Source: Minisyncoccota bacterium (GTDB lineage Bacteria > Patescibacteriota > Minisyncoccia > Phycocordibacterales > Phycocordibacteraceae). From it: 64,000 nt of DNA. Under the pieces are notes generated by a model. That model was not told where the DNA came from. It ran no database searches and saw only the letters and a program-made list of their open reading frames with translations. The position numbers and the translations under genes are program-made. Below, piece by piece: positions 30,729 to 39,976 of this stretch (the stretch's first letter is position 1; each line of letters begins with the position of its first letter). Where the stretch lies: positions 288,040 to 352,039 of the forward strand of contig JALHOO010000001.1 in assembly GCA_022842945.1 (NCBI GenBank), written 5' to 3'.

Positions 30729-31427
30729 ATGCAAAAGACCACCATCTTGCGGGGGGTGACCCTCGCGATCGCTGCCATGAGCCTCGCGGCCTGCGGCAGC
30801 ACCGGGAACAACTTCCGCGGCACCGACTACAACGGCGCCGTTTCGGGGCAAATCACCCCGGAGCAGTCCAACGTCGAGTTCACTGTCGGCGTCGCCTACG
30901 ACATCTACACGGGCTTCGACGAGAACGGGCACATCAACCCGGATCGTCCGTTCACCCGCACCGAGTCGGTCATGATCGCGGAAATCGAAACCCGCTGTGA
31001 GCGCAAGGTGCGACAGGCCGAACGTGTCGCTCGGGAAGAGTTCGGAAAGGGCACCTTCTTCTCGGTCGTCGGCGCCTTCGCCTACGCGGCGATCGCCACG
31101 GCGATTCCCGGCGCGGACGTCGCCAACAACGCCATCACCGGCGGCGGCGCATTCGGAGCCAGCGCCGCTGTCACGGGTGAAACCATGTGGGATCAAACGC
31201 GAGGGATTTACTACTCCACCTGCGTGTCCAACTGGGTGAGCGCGAACAAGGCGGATGTGGGCGATCGTCGCCTGGGTGACGTCCTGGTCAGTCCTCTGCT
31301 TCGCGGTCGGGCTCCCCGTCCCACCATGGGCTCGGGCGAAACCCTGCGCCGCGACGCCGACGACGACAGCTACGACGACCTGCCTTCGGAGTCGGCCCCC
31401 GTGCCGACTCCGATCGTGCCGATGTAA
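30729..31427 (+). CDS. Putative lipoprotein (signal peptide + LAACGS lipobox; Gly/Ala-rich glycine-zipper-like segment), GC-rich foreign composition
   Basis: 'MQKTTILRGVTLAIAAMSLAACGS'. Codons are strongly GC3-biased, unlike neighbours. The antisense ORF 30606..31196 is spurious. Confidence 0.7.
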   Translation: MQKTTILRGVTLAIAAMSLAACGSTGNNFRGTDYNGAVSGQITPEQSNVEFTVGVAYDIYTGFDENGHINPDRPFTRTESVMIAEIETRCERKVRQAERVAREEFGKGTFFSVVGAFAYAAIATAIPGADVANNAITGGGAFGASAAVTGETMWDQTRGIYYSTCVSNWVSANKADVGDRRLGDVLVSPLLRGRAPRPTMGSGETLRRDADDDSYDDLPSESAPVPTPIVPM

Positions 31428-31448
31428 GGCCGCTACAACACTACTGCG

Positions 31449-31482
31449 AAACCCCCCGAGCCAAAAACTCGGGGGGTTTTCA
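31449..31482. terminator. Bidirectional rho-independent terminator between the lipoprotein gene and the FKBP gene
   Basis: 'aaccccccgag-ccaaaaa-ctcggggggtt' is a perfect 11-bp stem, flanked by T/A runs on both sides. Confidence 0.75.
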
Positions 31483-31495
31483 CATGTAGATTCTT

Positions 31496-32017
31496 CTACT
31501 GAACGCTCACGAGCTCAACCTCAAATACGAGAGTTGCGTTGGCAGGAATAACTCCTCCCACAGCCTGATTTCCGTATGCGAGTGTAGGCGGGATAACAAG
31601 GAGACGCTTGCCGCCTACTTTCATACCCTTAACCCCTTCATCCCATCCACGGATAACCTGTCCTGCGCCAAGTGGGAACGTAAACGCTCCACCATGGTTT
31701 GCAGATGCATCGAATACGGTTCCGTCTGGAAGCGCACCGACGTAGTTAACGGATACCGTTGAGCCAGTTGTGGCCTCAGGACCAGAGCCCACAACGAGGT
31801 CGGTAACAACGAGTTCGGTTGGCAATGGCTCAGAAGGGTTAAGTGCTAGATCCATAGGGGCGGTTGTAGTGCTGATAGTAGTAGTGCCGACAGTCATTTC
31901 CTCCTGAACAGGGGCAACACCCCCGAACGAGGAAAGCATTGGCGTTCCAAGAGCAAGGAAGCCAAGCGCTACGATAACCGCGAGCGCTACAGCAATTCCA
32001 GTTCCAGTGACATTCAT
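31496..32017 (-). CDS. FKBP-type peptidyl-prolyl cis-trans isomerase, membrane-anchored/secreted
   Basis: C-terminal 'GAGQVIRGWDEGVKGMKVGGKRLLVIPPTLAYGNQAVGGVIPANATLVFEVELV' is the FKBP_C signature. Confidence 0.9.
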   Translation of the reverse strand: MNVTGTGIAVALAVIVALGFLALGTPMLSSFGGVAPVQEEMTVGTTTISTTTAPMDLALNPSEPLPTELVVTDLVVGSGPEATTGSTVSVNYVGALPDGTVFDASANHGGAFTFPLGAGQVIRGWDEGVKGMKVGGKRLLVIPPTLAYGNQAVGGVIPANATLVFEVELVSVQ

Positions 32018-32019
32018 AG

Positions 32020-32331
32020 CTATTCTTTATTAGTGCCGGTGACAGCAAGTATATCATCCGTGAGCTCAGCCACGGTTTCAGCCACAGCTGAGTCAGCGTC
32101 TGGCACACGCTCCTTCAGAAAGGCTTCAACGGTCTCCTCGTCTGCGTCAGAGTCCATAAGAGCCGCAAACTCATCTCGCGACTTCTCATCCATGCGCTCA
32201 ATAAGACGCACCATAGAGCCACGGAATACTATTTCGTTTAACTCAATCAATAGTGCCTCCTGCTCTTCGGGAGCAAGGGTCTCAAGTTCAAGCGCAGACA
32301 AAAGCTCGTTAGATGTGTGGGTAGTGTTCAT
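32020..32331 (-). CDS. Small acidic hypothetical protein (103 aa)
   Basis: ORF tightly coupled (3-nt gaps) to the flanking genes on the same strand. Confidence 0.45.
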   Translation of the reverse strand: MNTTHTSNELLSALELETLAPEEQEALLIELNEIVFRGSMVRLIERMDEKSRDEFAALMDSDADEETVEAFLKERVPDADSAVAETVAELTDDILAVTGTNKE

Positions 32332-32334
32332 AGA

Positions 32335-35184
32335 TTAGCGACGGGTTGGGATGGGCTGGTAATCTTCAGGACCTGGAATCGGGGGCACCGGTATCTCAAT
32401 TCCTCCTCTCACGGTGTACGGCACAACCATACCAGCACCGTCATTACTGTTCGGGTCAAACACCACGCCACGCACAATGCGCTCGAGTCCTCCAAGGACC
32501 GTCATATTCTCCTCAATGTAGTAGACCGGCGTATCAGGTTGGGTGCGCCCAATTCTCTCTGCATATTCGATTGCAAGCGCATAGTTCGCATCGTTATCAG
32601 CGCCTCCATGCGCAAAGTACTTCCCATCTGCAAGAGACACATCAGGCTTACTGAGATCAACACCATAGGCATTTATGTTGCCGCTAACAGTCTCAGGTGT
32701 ATTGTCTGGAGCAATCTCTGTGCGTACAGGTTCTGTCTCAGCCACCTGTGGTTGAGATTCTACGGATACTGGCGACGGCATAGCTTCTGGAGCAGACACA
32801 TCAAGAGACTGCACCTCGGGCACCACTACTGGATCTATACCCTGATACTCAAACGAGCGGTCCACAGGTACCACTCGCACCTCAGAAGGTTCTACTGGAG
32901 CAGCGTCAGGTGTAGGCGCCTCTGAAACAACCGGTTCTGCTGCGGACTCATTTGACACGACCTCTGCACTTGCGACAGGAGGCGCAACCTCCCTAGGAGG
33001 GAACTCATGTACCTCAACACCGTTGGATGCAGATGGATTGTTCTCAAGAATAAGTCGTGGGACTTCTCCTTCACGAACAAACCAGACGTTCTCTTTAGCA
33101 TCTACAACAAGTTTGTCGCCTACTTCCATAACCATACTTTCTCCCGTTACCGGGTCGAATGCACCAATAGCATCAGAAAGCTGTGTGGGAGTTAGTTCTC
33201 CATTAAGGAGACAGTTTCCAACTGGAGTTGAACCATTGAATCCAGACTCACGAAGGCCCGTGAACAAATGGTTGAATCCTTCTCCCTGTTCAATCTCTAC
33301 GGTTCGAAGCATGCCCTCGGGAGCCGTAGGTGTTACATACGAGGCTTCAGCGCTTGGTGTAGGCACTGCGTCGCGAGTTGATGCCTCTTCAACTCGTACA
33401 CCCGCGTCAATTCCGTTACCTGTCTGTACTGCATCAGCCGCATCTTGAACAACAGACAGATCTGCAAGGAGTGCTGCGCTTCCTGCACCAAATCCCATAG
33501 CGGTAAGGGCCTTGATGAGCACCTTACGTCTCTGGAAGGCCATCTCAGACGAATCGATAGTAAGCTTCTCTCGCTTCTCGTCCATTGCCTGAAGAGCATC
33601 GAGTGTTAGCCCGCTTGAGACATCCATATTCTTCCCTGCCTTGCGGAGCGACAGCCTTGCCTTCTCTTGAGCCTTCCTACCGAACAGTTCAAAGACTGCC
33701 CCGGCACCTTCTCCGGCCGCAGCACCCACGAGTGCCCCAGCCATCGAGCGTGCGAACTTAATTCCTCCACCCATAGCGAGAGCGGTAAGTCCAAGTGGCG
33801 CAATAACCCCAGCGGCGCCAAGTACACCCGCACCAAGAGACACCACCGCAATACCACCCGCCGCCTGTATGGCACGCGCTCCCCACTTTCCATGCTTCTC
33901 TACAAGAGCCACGTTAAGTCTTCCAGACCACGCAAGACCCTTCTCAAGAGCATTCTTTCCTCGAGAGCTGAGCGCTTCTTCGCGTGCGGCAAGCTTCTTC
34001 TCTGTTAGAGGGCGTATAACATTGCGATACGTGAGGTAGCTTGAGACACGCTCTTGCGTACTGTATGCGCGAGCCTCAGCACGCTTAAGGAACCTTTCGA
34101 AGGACATCACGGTCCCGTCTGCATTTCGCGCAATCTTGTCTGAAGCAATGAGCCTGTCGTACTTCTGTCTTGTGTGTTCTTCGAAATTCGCATCTCGCTC
34201 GGCTACGCGTTCAGAAACATTGTTAGTCAAAGCATTCGCATACGCCACACGAAGCGCATCATATTCGCCCTTCAGTACTTCAACGCGCTCTGTCTCAGCC
34301 TTCAGCTCCTTGTTTGGGAACAGTCTGTTCCAAATTCTTCGCTTCTGTTCAAGCTCTTTGTATGCCAAGAGGTACTCAGCCTCTTTCGCTTGTACTTGGG
34401 CACGCTCTTCTGGGGCGGTAGAGGGCTTTGAGACATCTTCCGGCTTGTCGAGTGCGGCTCGCAATGCGTCATGCTGTTCTCTTGGCGTAAACGGCTCAGT
34501 TGCAGGATCCATTGCAGGTGCACTCTCAAGTGCTGTTAGCGCAGCTTCAGCTGCTTGCAACTCTTCCGTGAAAGCGAGCTGCGCCTTAGCGACACTCGCA
34601 GCGGCGGCCTGCATCGTTGCTTCTGCTGGCTCATTCTCAGCCTGACGTAGTGCCTCCTCAGCCTTACTACGCAATGCATCAGCTTGTCTCTTAGCGGTCT
34701 CGTATCCCTCTAGAGCGCTTAGTGCTTCCGCAGAAGCATTCGCCCCCTTCAACAACCTAAACCTGGAATGAAGTTCCTTTGAGCGATCATCGGTTGCTAC
34801 GTGTGTAGCATGGAGTTTCTCAATACCCTCCACAATACTTGAGTCAACTACTTTACTGCTTGATTCCATTGCGGTCTTCTTCTTTGTCGCTGGCTTCTTT
34901 GCGGTCTTCCCTCCGCGACTCGAAGGCGTTAGTCCTGCGTGCTTTGCAGTACGCACTGAAGCACCCCCCTCTAACTCTTCTCGAACCATCTGATCTGGTG
35001 CAGTACGCTCAGCCTCAGCTCGTTCCATAAAGCCTGTGAAATCAAGAGGTGCGCCGTCGCTATCCGTGGGAAGCTCTCCCGCTTCTTGCAGTACATAGAA
35101 TTCTGCTTGCTTTTTCTCCTCAAACTCTAGAGAGCGTCCTTTTGGTGGCTTTGGTGGTGGGAATCCAGTCTCGCTCATAGGCAA
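32335..35184 (-). CDS. Large (949 aa) multi-domain membrane protein: N-terminal coiled-coil/low-complexity region, central Gly/Ala-rich TM bundle, C-terminal exported domain; candidate T4SS-like channel/scaffold component
   Basis: Translation shows 'GGIAVVSLGAGVLGAAGVIAPLGLTALAMGGGIKF' and 'ALTAMGFGAGSAALLADL' TM regions. Immediately downstream of, and co-oriented with, the VirB4-like ATPase gene. Confidence 0.5.
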   Translation of the reverse strand: MPMSETGFPPPKPPKGRSLEFEEKKQAEFYVLQEAGELPTDSDGAPLDFTGFMERAEAERTAPDQMVREELEGGASVRTAKHAGLTPSSRGGKTAKKPATKKKTAMESSSKVVDSSIVEGIEKLHATHVATDDRSKELHSRFRLLKGANASAEALSALEGYETAKRQADALRSKAEEALRQAENEPAEATMQAAAASVAKAQLAFTEELQAAEAALTALESAPAMDPATEPFTPREQHDALRAALDKPEDVSKPSTAPEERAQVQAKEAEYLLAYKELEQKRRIWNRLFPNKELKAETERVEVLKGEYDALRVAYANALTNNVSERVAERDANFEEHTRQKYDRLIASDKIARNADGTVMSFERFLKRAEARAYSTQERVSSYLTYRNVIRPLTEKKLAAREEALSSRGKNALEKGLAWSGRLNVALVEKHGKWGARAIQAAGGIAVVSLGAGVLGAAGVIAPLGLTALAMGGGIKFARSMAGALVGAAAGEGAGAVFELFGRKAQEKARLSLRKAGKNMDVSSGLTLDALQAMDEKREKLTIDSSEMAFQRRKVLIKALTAMGFGAGSAALLADLSVVQDAADAVQTGNGIDAGVRVEEASTRDAVPTPSAEASYVTPTAPEGMLRTVEIEQGEGFNHLFTGLRESGFNGSTPVGNCLLNGELTPTQLSDAIGAFDPVTGESMVMEVGDKLVVDAKENVWFVREGEVPRLILENNPSASNGVEVHEFPPREVAPPVASAEVVSNESAAEPVVSEAPTPDAAPVEPSEVRVVPVDRSFEYQGIDPVVVPEVQSLDVSAPEAMPSPVSVESQPQVAETEPVRTEIAPDNTPETVSGNINAYGVDLSKPDVSLADGKYFAHGGADNDANYALAIEYAERIGRTQPDTPVYYIEENMTVLGGLERIVRGVVFDPNSNDGAGMVVPYTVRGGIEIPVPPIPGPEDYQPIPTRR

Positions 35185-35187
35185 TAA

Positions 35188-37554
35188 TTAAGAAAGATAA
35201 CGAGCCCTTATTGATGCTTCAACAGTAGCACGGTCCCGTCCATACGTTAGGTACGAAAGCTCGCGAAGATCGTCCACCTGCGCAAGATTCCCCTTAGTTG
35301 GCGGGAGTGTCTGAATGTTAAACGGCTTCTGTGGTACGCCGTTAGCGAGGATGCGCAGGTAGGCATTGTAATTCTCGACACTCGTGAAGTCAGTAGCCTT
35401 GAAGGTTGGTTCAAATAGCTTCCCGAAGAACTCCCCGTCCTCCTGTCCAACACGGAACACGGCCATAGACCCTACGTTGCCGAACACCGCATCGCGGATC
35501 TTTTCGTCCACTTGCGCCAAGTACTGGTGCGCGATGGTAAGGGAGAGTTTGTACTTGCGAGCTTCTGAGAGGATGCCCGGAATGGACGAGGTCGTGATGT
35601 TCTGGAACTCGTCGATGTAAAGATAGAACGGCGGGAACGCAGTTCCTGGAGAGTCTGCACGAGAGAGCGCTGCCATGAACAGCTTCCCAACAAGGATAAG
35701 GCCAAGGAGATTTGCATTGCGCTCGCCAAGTCTTCCCTTAGAGAGGTTAACCAGGAGAATCTTCTTTGAGTCGATAACATCGCGGAACTTAAAGGAGCTT
35801 TCTTGCTGCCCGATGATAGGGCGCATGAAGTCGCTTCCCGTGAACTCGTCGAACTTGTTCGTGATGTACGGCACGATGTTCTGCAGAGACGCTTCGCCTT
35901 CAGCCTTTGTGGCAATCTCATTCCAGAACTGGTTAACCACCGGATTGTTGCTCTTTGCGAGCTTCATGTTCCTGAACTCAGCATTTGAGAGTACGCGCCC
36001 AATGTCCATAAGCGTAGAACCGGACGCTGGGTCTTCCATAATGAGCTGCGTCGCATTGCGGAAGTACTGCTCGAACGCCGGACCCATAGACTCCGGTACG
36101 TCCCCATAGAGCTGGCGGAATATTGCAAGCATCTCGTTCACAATGAAGGACTTCTGCTCCGGGCGACGCACATCGTACTCAAGCATGTTGAGACCGAACG
36201 GACGATCTATGTATGCAGGGTCGAAGTAGATAACGTCTTCGTACCGCTCTGGCGGAATGATGGAAAGGATATCGAGGATGTCGTTGCCGTGCGGATCAAT
36301 AAAGCAGACACCTGCGCCGTTCTTTATGTCCTGCTCAATGAGCGTTTTCATAAACGACGTCTTTCCAGCGCCCGTCTGTCCAATAACATAGAGGTGGCGG
36401 AGACGATCCTCGTCTGAAAGCTTTACATCCGTTGCCTGTCCGCGGAACGTGTTCTTTCCAAGCAACAGACCCTCGCGTGGCAACTCTGTAGGAGCGGCAG
36501 CAACGGTTGCCCTGGACTGCTTTAGGTGTGGAGACGAGTTAATGCCAGACGGCGGGAAGTGGTAAAGCGTGGTGAGCTCGCGAAGAGAAAGAGGGAGGTT
36601 GGTACTTGCGCGATACAGACGGAAGGAGAAGTCACGCATCAATTCCTTTAGACTTCCCTTACTTGGCCTTCTAAACTCAATACGATTCCCCATGGTGTTA
36701 TCAAACTGATTGAACGCAGACTCGAGTTCAGTGAGCAATTGATGCGCACGTCCCTGATCTCCAGAAGACGTAACCAGACGAATGTTCGTTGCAATAACCG
36801 GAGCGACTATCTTCTTCTCAACCATCTCAATCGCCTTCTGATCTATCGGCTCCTGGCTTGTCTGCTTTTTCTTCGTAAAGATAAGGCTCGCTGCTTCTCG
36901 TGCGAGATCTCCCACAAAGGTCTCAGGCAAACTAAACGCACGCGAACGGTGCTCTCCCTGACGCAACGCATGCAGAATGCGTCTATAGTGCTCGATGTAG
37001 TGATTCCCCGCAGGCTTAAACACAATCTGGAGTGATGCACCTTCGCCTTCTGGTGCAATCTTAGCGAAGGCATTCAGGATGGAGTTGAGGGGATCGTAAT
37101 CAAAATCCTGATAGTCCTTAAGTGGCAGCATTGCCTTGTCCTTGAGTGTGGCAACCGACGCAAGAGATACGCCGCCCTCCACAAAGACGTTGTAATCATT
37201 CGGCTGGGCCTGAAGTCGGGCATTCGGGAATATAGCAAGCAGCTGGTTCTCAAAGAGATCCCTCCGAGTGTTTGGTACGCTTACATAAAACGTGAGGTGT
37301 GGGGCATCCACAGGCACCGCAAGTTCAAGAGTGAGGTATGCGGGTTCTCCTCGTCCTGCATGTTCAACCGCGAGCATACCTGAATAGAACTGCTCCATAG
37401 AGGAGATGAGCTCTTTGAGGGCCTTACCCTTAGATTCCTCGCTGCTGTTGGCCTCAGGCAATGCAATCTCATACAGAGTCATGCGAAGCGCTTTCCATTC
37501 AGGCTGGTTCTCTGCAAGACCCTTAGCCTGCATACCCGCTACAAGGTACTGCAC
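35188..37554 (-). CDS. VirB4/TrbE-like (CagE_TrbE_VirB family) secretion/conjugation ATPase
   Basis: 788 aa. Soluble N-domain, then Walker A 'VIGQTGAGKTSFMKTL' and Walker B 'FYLYIDEFQN'. Further motifs 'LTIAHQY' and 'GSMAVFRV'. No N-terminal TM, which argues against VirD4. Confidence 0.55.
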   Translation of the reverse strand: MQYLVAGMQAKGLAENQPEWKALRMTLYEIALPEANSSEESKGKALKELISSMEQFYSGMLAVEHAGRGEPAYLTLELAVPVDAPHLTFYVSVPNTRRDLFENQLLAIFPNARLQAQPNDYNVFVEGGVSLASVATLKDKAMLPLKDYQDFDYDPLNSILNAFAKIAPEGEGASLQIVFKPAGNHYIEHYRRILHALRQGEHRSRAFSLPETFVGDLAREAASLIFTKKKQTSQEPIDQKAIEMVEKKIVAPVIATNIRLVTSSGDQGRAHQLLTELESAFNQFDNTMGNRIEFRRPSKGSLKELMRDFSFRLYRASTNLPLSLRELTTLYHFPPSGINSSPHLKQSRATVAAAPTELPREGLLLGKNTFRGQATDVKLSDEDRLRHLYVIGQTGAGKTSFMKTLIEQDIKNGAGVCFIDPHGNDILDILSIIPPERYEDVIYFDPAYIDRPFGLNMLEYDVRRPEQKSFIVNEMLAIFRQLYGDVPESMGPAFEQYFRNATQLIMEDPASGSTLMDIGRVLSNAEFRNMKLAKSNNPVVNQFWNEIATKAEGEASLQNIVPYITNKFDEFTGSDFMRPIIGQQESSFKFRDVIDSKKILLVNLSKGRLGERNANLLGLILVGKLFMAALSRADSPGTAFPPFYLYIDEFQNITTSSIPGILSEARKYKLSLTIAHQYLAQVDEKIRDAVFGNVGSMAVFRVGQEDGEFFGKLFEPTFKATDFTSVENYNAYLRILANGVPQKPFNIQTLPPTKGNLAQVDDLRELSYLTYGRDRATVEASIRARYLS

Positions 37555-37577
37555 GAGGAAACGATGGAAATCGTCCT

Positions 37578-37925
37578 CTAAGTGCGCATTGTTGAGCTTT
37601 GAAAGAATGGTAAAGGCATTGTGTATACCCTTTCCTCCATAACAGTGCGCAGTTCCGCAATCGCCTCATCGTTCTGTTCAGGATCAAGATTGAGCGTAAG
37701 AGTTTCAGCATGTGTAGTGGCCTCCCGGTCACTAATCTGATATTCCTTCGCAAGCGTCCCTTCCGGTCCTGACATGCGGTGATGCAGAATGCGCTCATGT
37801 GCAATGTCTTTGAGTGGGCGCTCGCGTTTCAGAGTTGCAAGCTCCGCTTCCTTTGCAGAAATCTGCTCACGCAAGAAGCGTAACTCCTCCTCCGGAGAGG
37901 TGATGGGTAGTATGGGTCCCTCCAT
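37578..37925 (-). CDS. Hypothetical coiled-coil protein (115 aa; start MEGPILPITSPEE)
   Basis: Internal ATG of the longer ORF 37578..38300. The longer form would overlap a well-supported + gene. Sits directly upstream of the VirB4-like gene. Confidence 0.4.
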   Translation of the reverse strand: MEGPILPITSPEEELRFLREQISAKEAELATLKRERPLKDIAHERILHHRMSGPEGTLAKEYQISDREATTHAETLTLNLDPEQNDEAIAELRTVMEERVYTMPLPFFQSSTMRT

Positions 37926-38022
37926 TCCCTTTAGTATATAGGATAGACGCACTAGATTTCTGGTACTTCTATTAGGATAACGGTATAGTCCCTTCAGAAT
38001 CTTTGAACGAGGGGATCTGTTA

Positions 38023-38313
38023 ATGAACGAAAGAGAAGAAGCACTGAGACTTGTGTTGAGGGGTGCACAATTGCTTGACGAACGTGCACCTGGAAAGCTT
38101 GAGAGCGTAGACCACACCAACCTGTATCTGAGCTCATGCACTAAGTGCGTGCTGGGGTTCATATACGGCCATGTAAAGAAAGGGATGACTGAGCTAGGGT
38201 TATCCTTGGAAGACATGAAGGGGTATGGCTTCAGCGATACCCTGCCCGGAGGCGTTCTTGGCGAAGCGTGGCGTACCCTTATCGCTGAGCGCAAAGGCAT
38301 ACGCTACTGCTAA
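38023..38313 (+). CDS. Hypothetical protein (96 aa)
   Basis: RBS 'gagggg' lies 8 nt upstream of the ATG. Confidence 0.45.
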   Translation: MNEREEALRLVLRGAQLLDERAPGKLESVDHTNLYLSSCTKCVLGFIYGHVKKGMTELGLSLEDMKGYGFSDTLPGGVLGEAWRTLIAERKGIRYC

Positions 38314-38367
38314 TACCACGAAGGCCCGGACACTGCGTCCGGGCCTTCATTGCACACATGGAGAGGA

Positions 38368-38700
38368 TTATCGCTTCGTAACCGCACCAAAGAGTGCAGA
38401 CACGAGTGCAACCACAATACCGAAGAAGAACGCTGACCAGAACCCTGCCACTACAAACCCAGGCACAATCATACCCGCGAGCATGATAAGAAGGGCATTC
38501 ACCACGAGGGAAAAGAGACCCAGAGTGAAGATGTTGAGCGGAAGGGTGAGCAGGTTAATAATCGGCTTCAAGAACATGTTGATGATGCCGAGCACAACCG
38601 CAAGGACGAGTGCACCAAGGAGGGTAACCTCGATACCTGGGATGAGGTATGCGGCAATACCAATGGCAAGTGCAGAAACTATCCAGTGAACAATAGACAT
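38368..38700 (-). CDS. Phage-holin-4_2/DUF360-like small membrane protein
   Basis: 110 aa with four TM helices and C-terminal 'GAVTKR'. Pattern 'GIINMFLKPIINLLTLPLNIFTLGLFSLVVNALLIML' is typical of the YvlD/holin_4_2 family. Confidence 0.55.
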   Translation of the reverse strand: MSIVHWIVSALAIGIAAYLIPGIEVTLLGALVLAVVLGIINMFLKPIINLLTLPLNIFTLGLFSLVVNALLIMLAGMIVPGFVVAGFWSAFFFGIVVALVSALFGAVTKR

Positions 38701-38773
38701 GGGGTACAGATTATCGGGCGACTAATACTCCTAGCATACCGTTCTTTGATGAGCCCTTCATGAGGGGTGTGTA

Positions 38774-39454
38774 CTATCGTGCGAACGTAAAACTTTGGAC
38801 AATATCTGAGAGCTTCTTGTACTCGCGTGCAAGTGCTTCGTCAGGAATATCTGCCTCACTCACTGCATCATCCCTGTAGATTGATCCTGTCTGAATCATC
38901 TCCATAGCAATACACCGGTCCTCAAACACGGTGCGATACGACACGCCACGTGCGTACTGCATCATACCCGCAGACTCAAAGGAGAATGCTTTCCACACAC
39001 GCCCGTTAATCGTAGCGTCGGGAAGTGGAGTTTCTCCTTGTGCCTCAGCTGGCTTTTCGCATCGCTCTATTTCTTGTTTGTCGCTCGAGGCTCCAATACG
39101 CACCATAGCGTTGAAATACCGAGGGTAGGAACTCTCGCTTTTAACCGCATACGGAACAATAGAAACAAGCGGATTACCTACCGACTCAGGAAGCGCATTT
39201 GTCCGCCATGCAGACCCTACGTGATACCCCGCATCGAATACATAGGAGACTTCTGACGCCTCAGGATAGAAGATGGAGAAGCCGTAGGGACCGTTGGTAT
39301 AAATGGCCAGCCCCTCACTCGCTTCTGGGGGTGTGGTTGGTGCAGCTGGTACGGTGCCGAACGCATCATTCCGTGAATCAATGAGATACCACGTAACCCC
39401 TCCACCAATAGCAACCATGAGGAGGAGAAACAGTATGAATGAGAGTCGGTTCAT
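38774..39454 (-). CDS. Hypothetical exported protein (N-terminal TM/signal anchor)
   Basis: 'MNRLSFILFLLLMVAIGGGV' then a soluble domain. Confidence 0.45.
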   Translation of the reverse strand: MNRLSFILFLLLMVAIGGGVTWYLIDSRNDAFGTVPAAPTTPPEASEGLAIYTNGPYGFSIFYPEASEVSYVFDAGYHVGSAWRTNALPESVGNPLVSIVPYAVKSESSYPRYFNAMVRIGASSDKQEIERCEKPAEAQGETPLPDATINGRVWKAFSFESAGMMQYARGVSYRTVFEDRCIAMEMIQTGSIYRDDAVSEADIPDEALAREYKKLSDIVQSFTFAR

Positions 39455-39492
39455 AAGATGAGTATACGAGGTACTAACCGTTTATGCATTGC

Positions 39493-39915
39493 TTAGAGGC
39501 GGTATACCTCCGTTACTTCAACTGTTTCGTTCTTCGCGATACCCACCACACGCACGCTTTCGTCCTGTTGTACTGGCACTCCCGGCTGATTGGTTGCGCA
39601 CGGAAGGTTCACGTCTGCGCATGCGTCTCTGTGTGCAAACACCAAGCGCTTGGTCCGAATCATAGGCTTTCCTTGATCGTTATAGTCGGTATACAGGATG
39701 TAGGGTGTACCTCCCTGTCCCTGTGTCATATCAAGGACAATGGTGCCCTCTTTATCGAAATACCCCGCATCCTGCTCTGCCATGATGGCGGACGCGGAGA
39801 GACGCACTGGCTCTGTGGTATCCACCACCTCACGAGTTATAGACCTCCCGTTTACCCATACCAACGTTCCTCCGATAACGAGGATAAGAGCGAATAGTTT
39901 TAATAGTGTTCCCAT
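39493..39915 (-). CDS. Hypothetical exported protein
   Basis: 'MGTLLKLFALILVIGGTLVWV' signal anchor then a soluble domain. Confidence 0.45.
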   Translation of the reverse strand: MGTLLKLFALILVIGGTLVWVNGRSITREVVDTTEPVRLSASAIMAEQDAGYFDKEGTIVLDMTQGQGGTPYILYTDYNDQGKPMIRTKRLVFAHRDACADVNLPCATNQPGVPVQQDESVRVVGIAKNETVEVTEVYRL

Positions 39916-39976
39916 GGATAGAAGCGTACACAATCGTACCTATCAGAATGATGAATTCCTCTAGGCACAATGTCGG

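Noticed and set aside
30606-31196. 196-aa minus-strand ORF antisense to the GC-rich lipoprotein gene.
   Set aside because: Low-complexity Gly/Arg/Asp translation typical of the reverse frame of a GC-rich gene. The + strand ORF has a promoter, RBS, signal peptide and lipobox.
37578-38300. Full-length 240-aa minus ORF upstream of the VirB4-like gene.
   Set aside because: Its N-terminal two-thirds is Ser/Pro/Arg-rich, has no features, and overlaps a plus-strand ORF with a good RBS (38023..38313). Only the C-terminal 115-aa coiled-coil part from the internal ATG at 37925 was kept.
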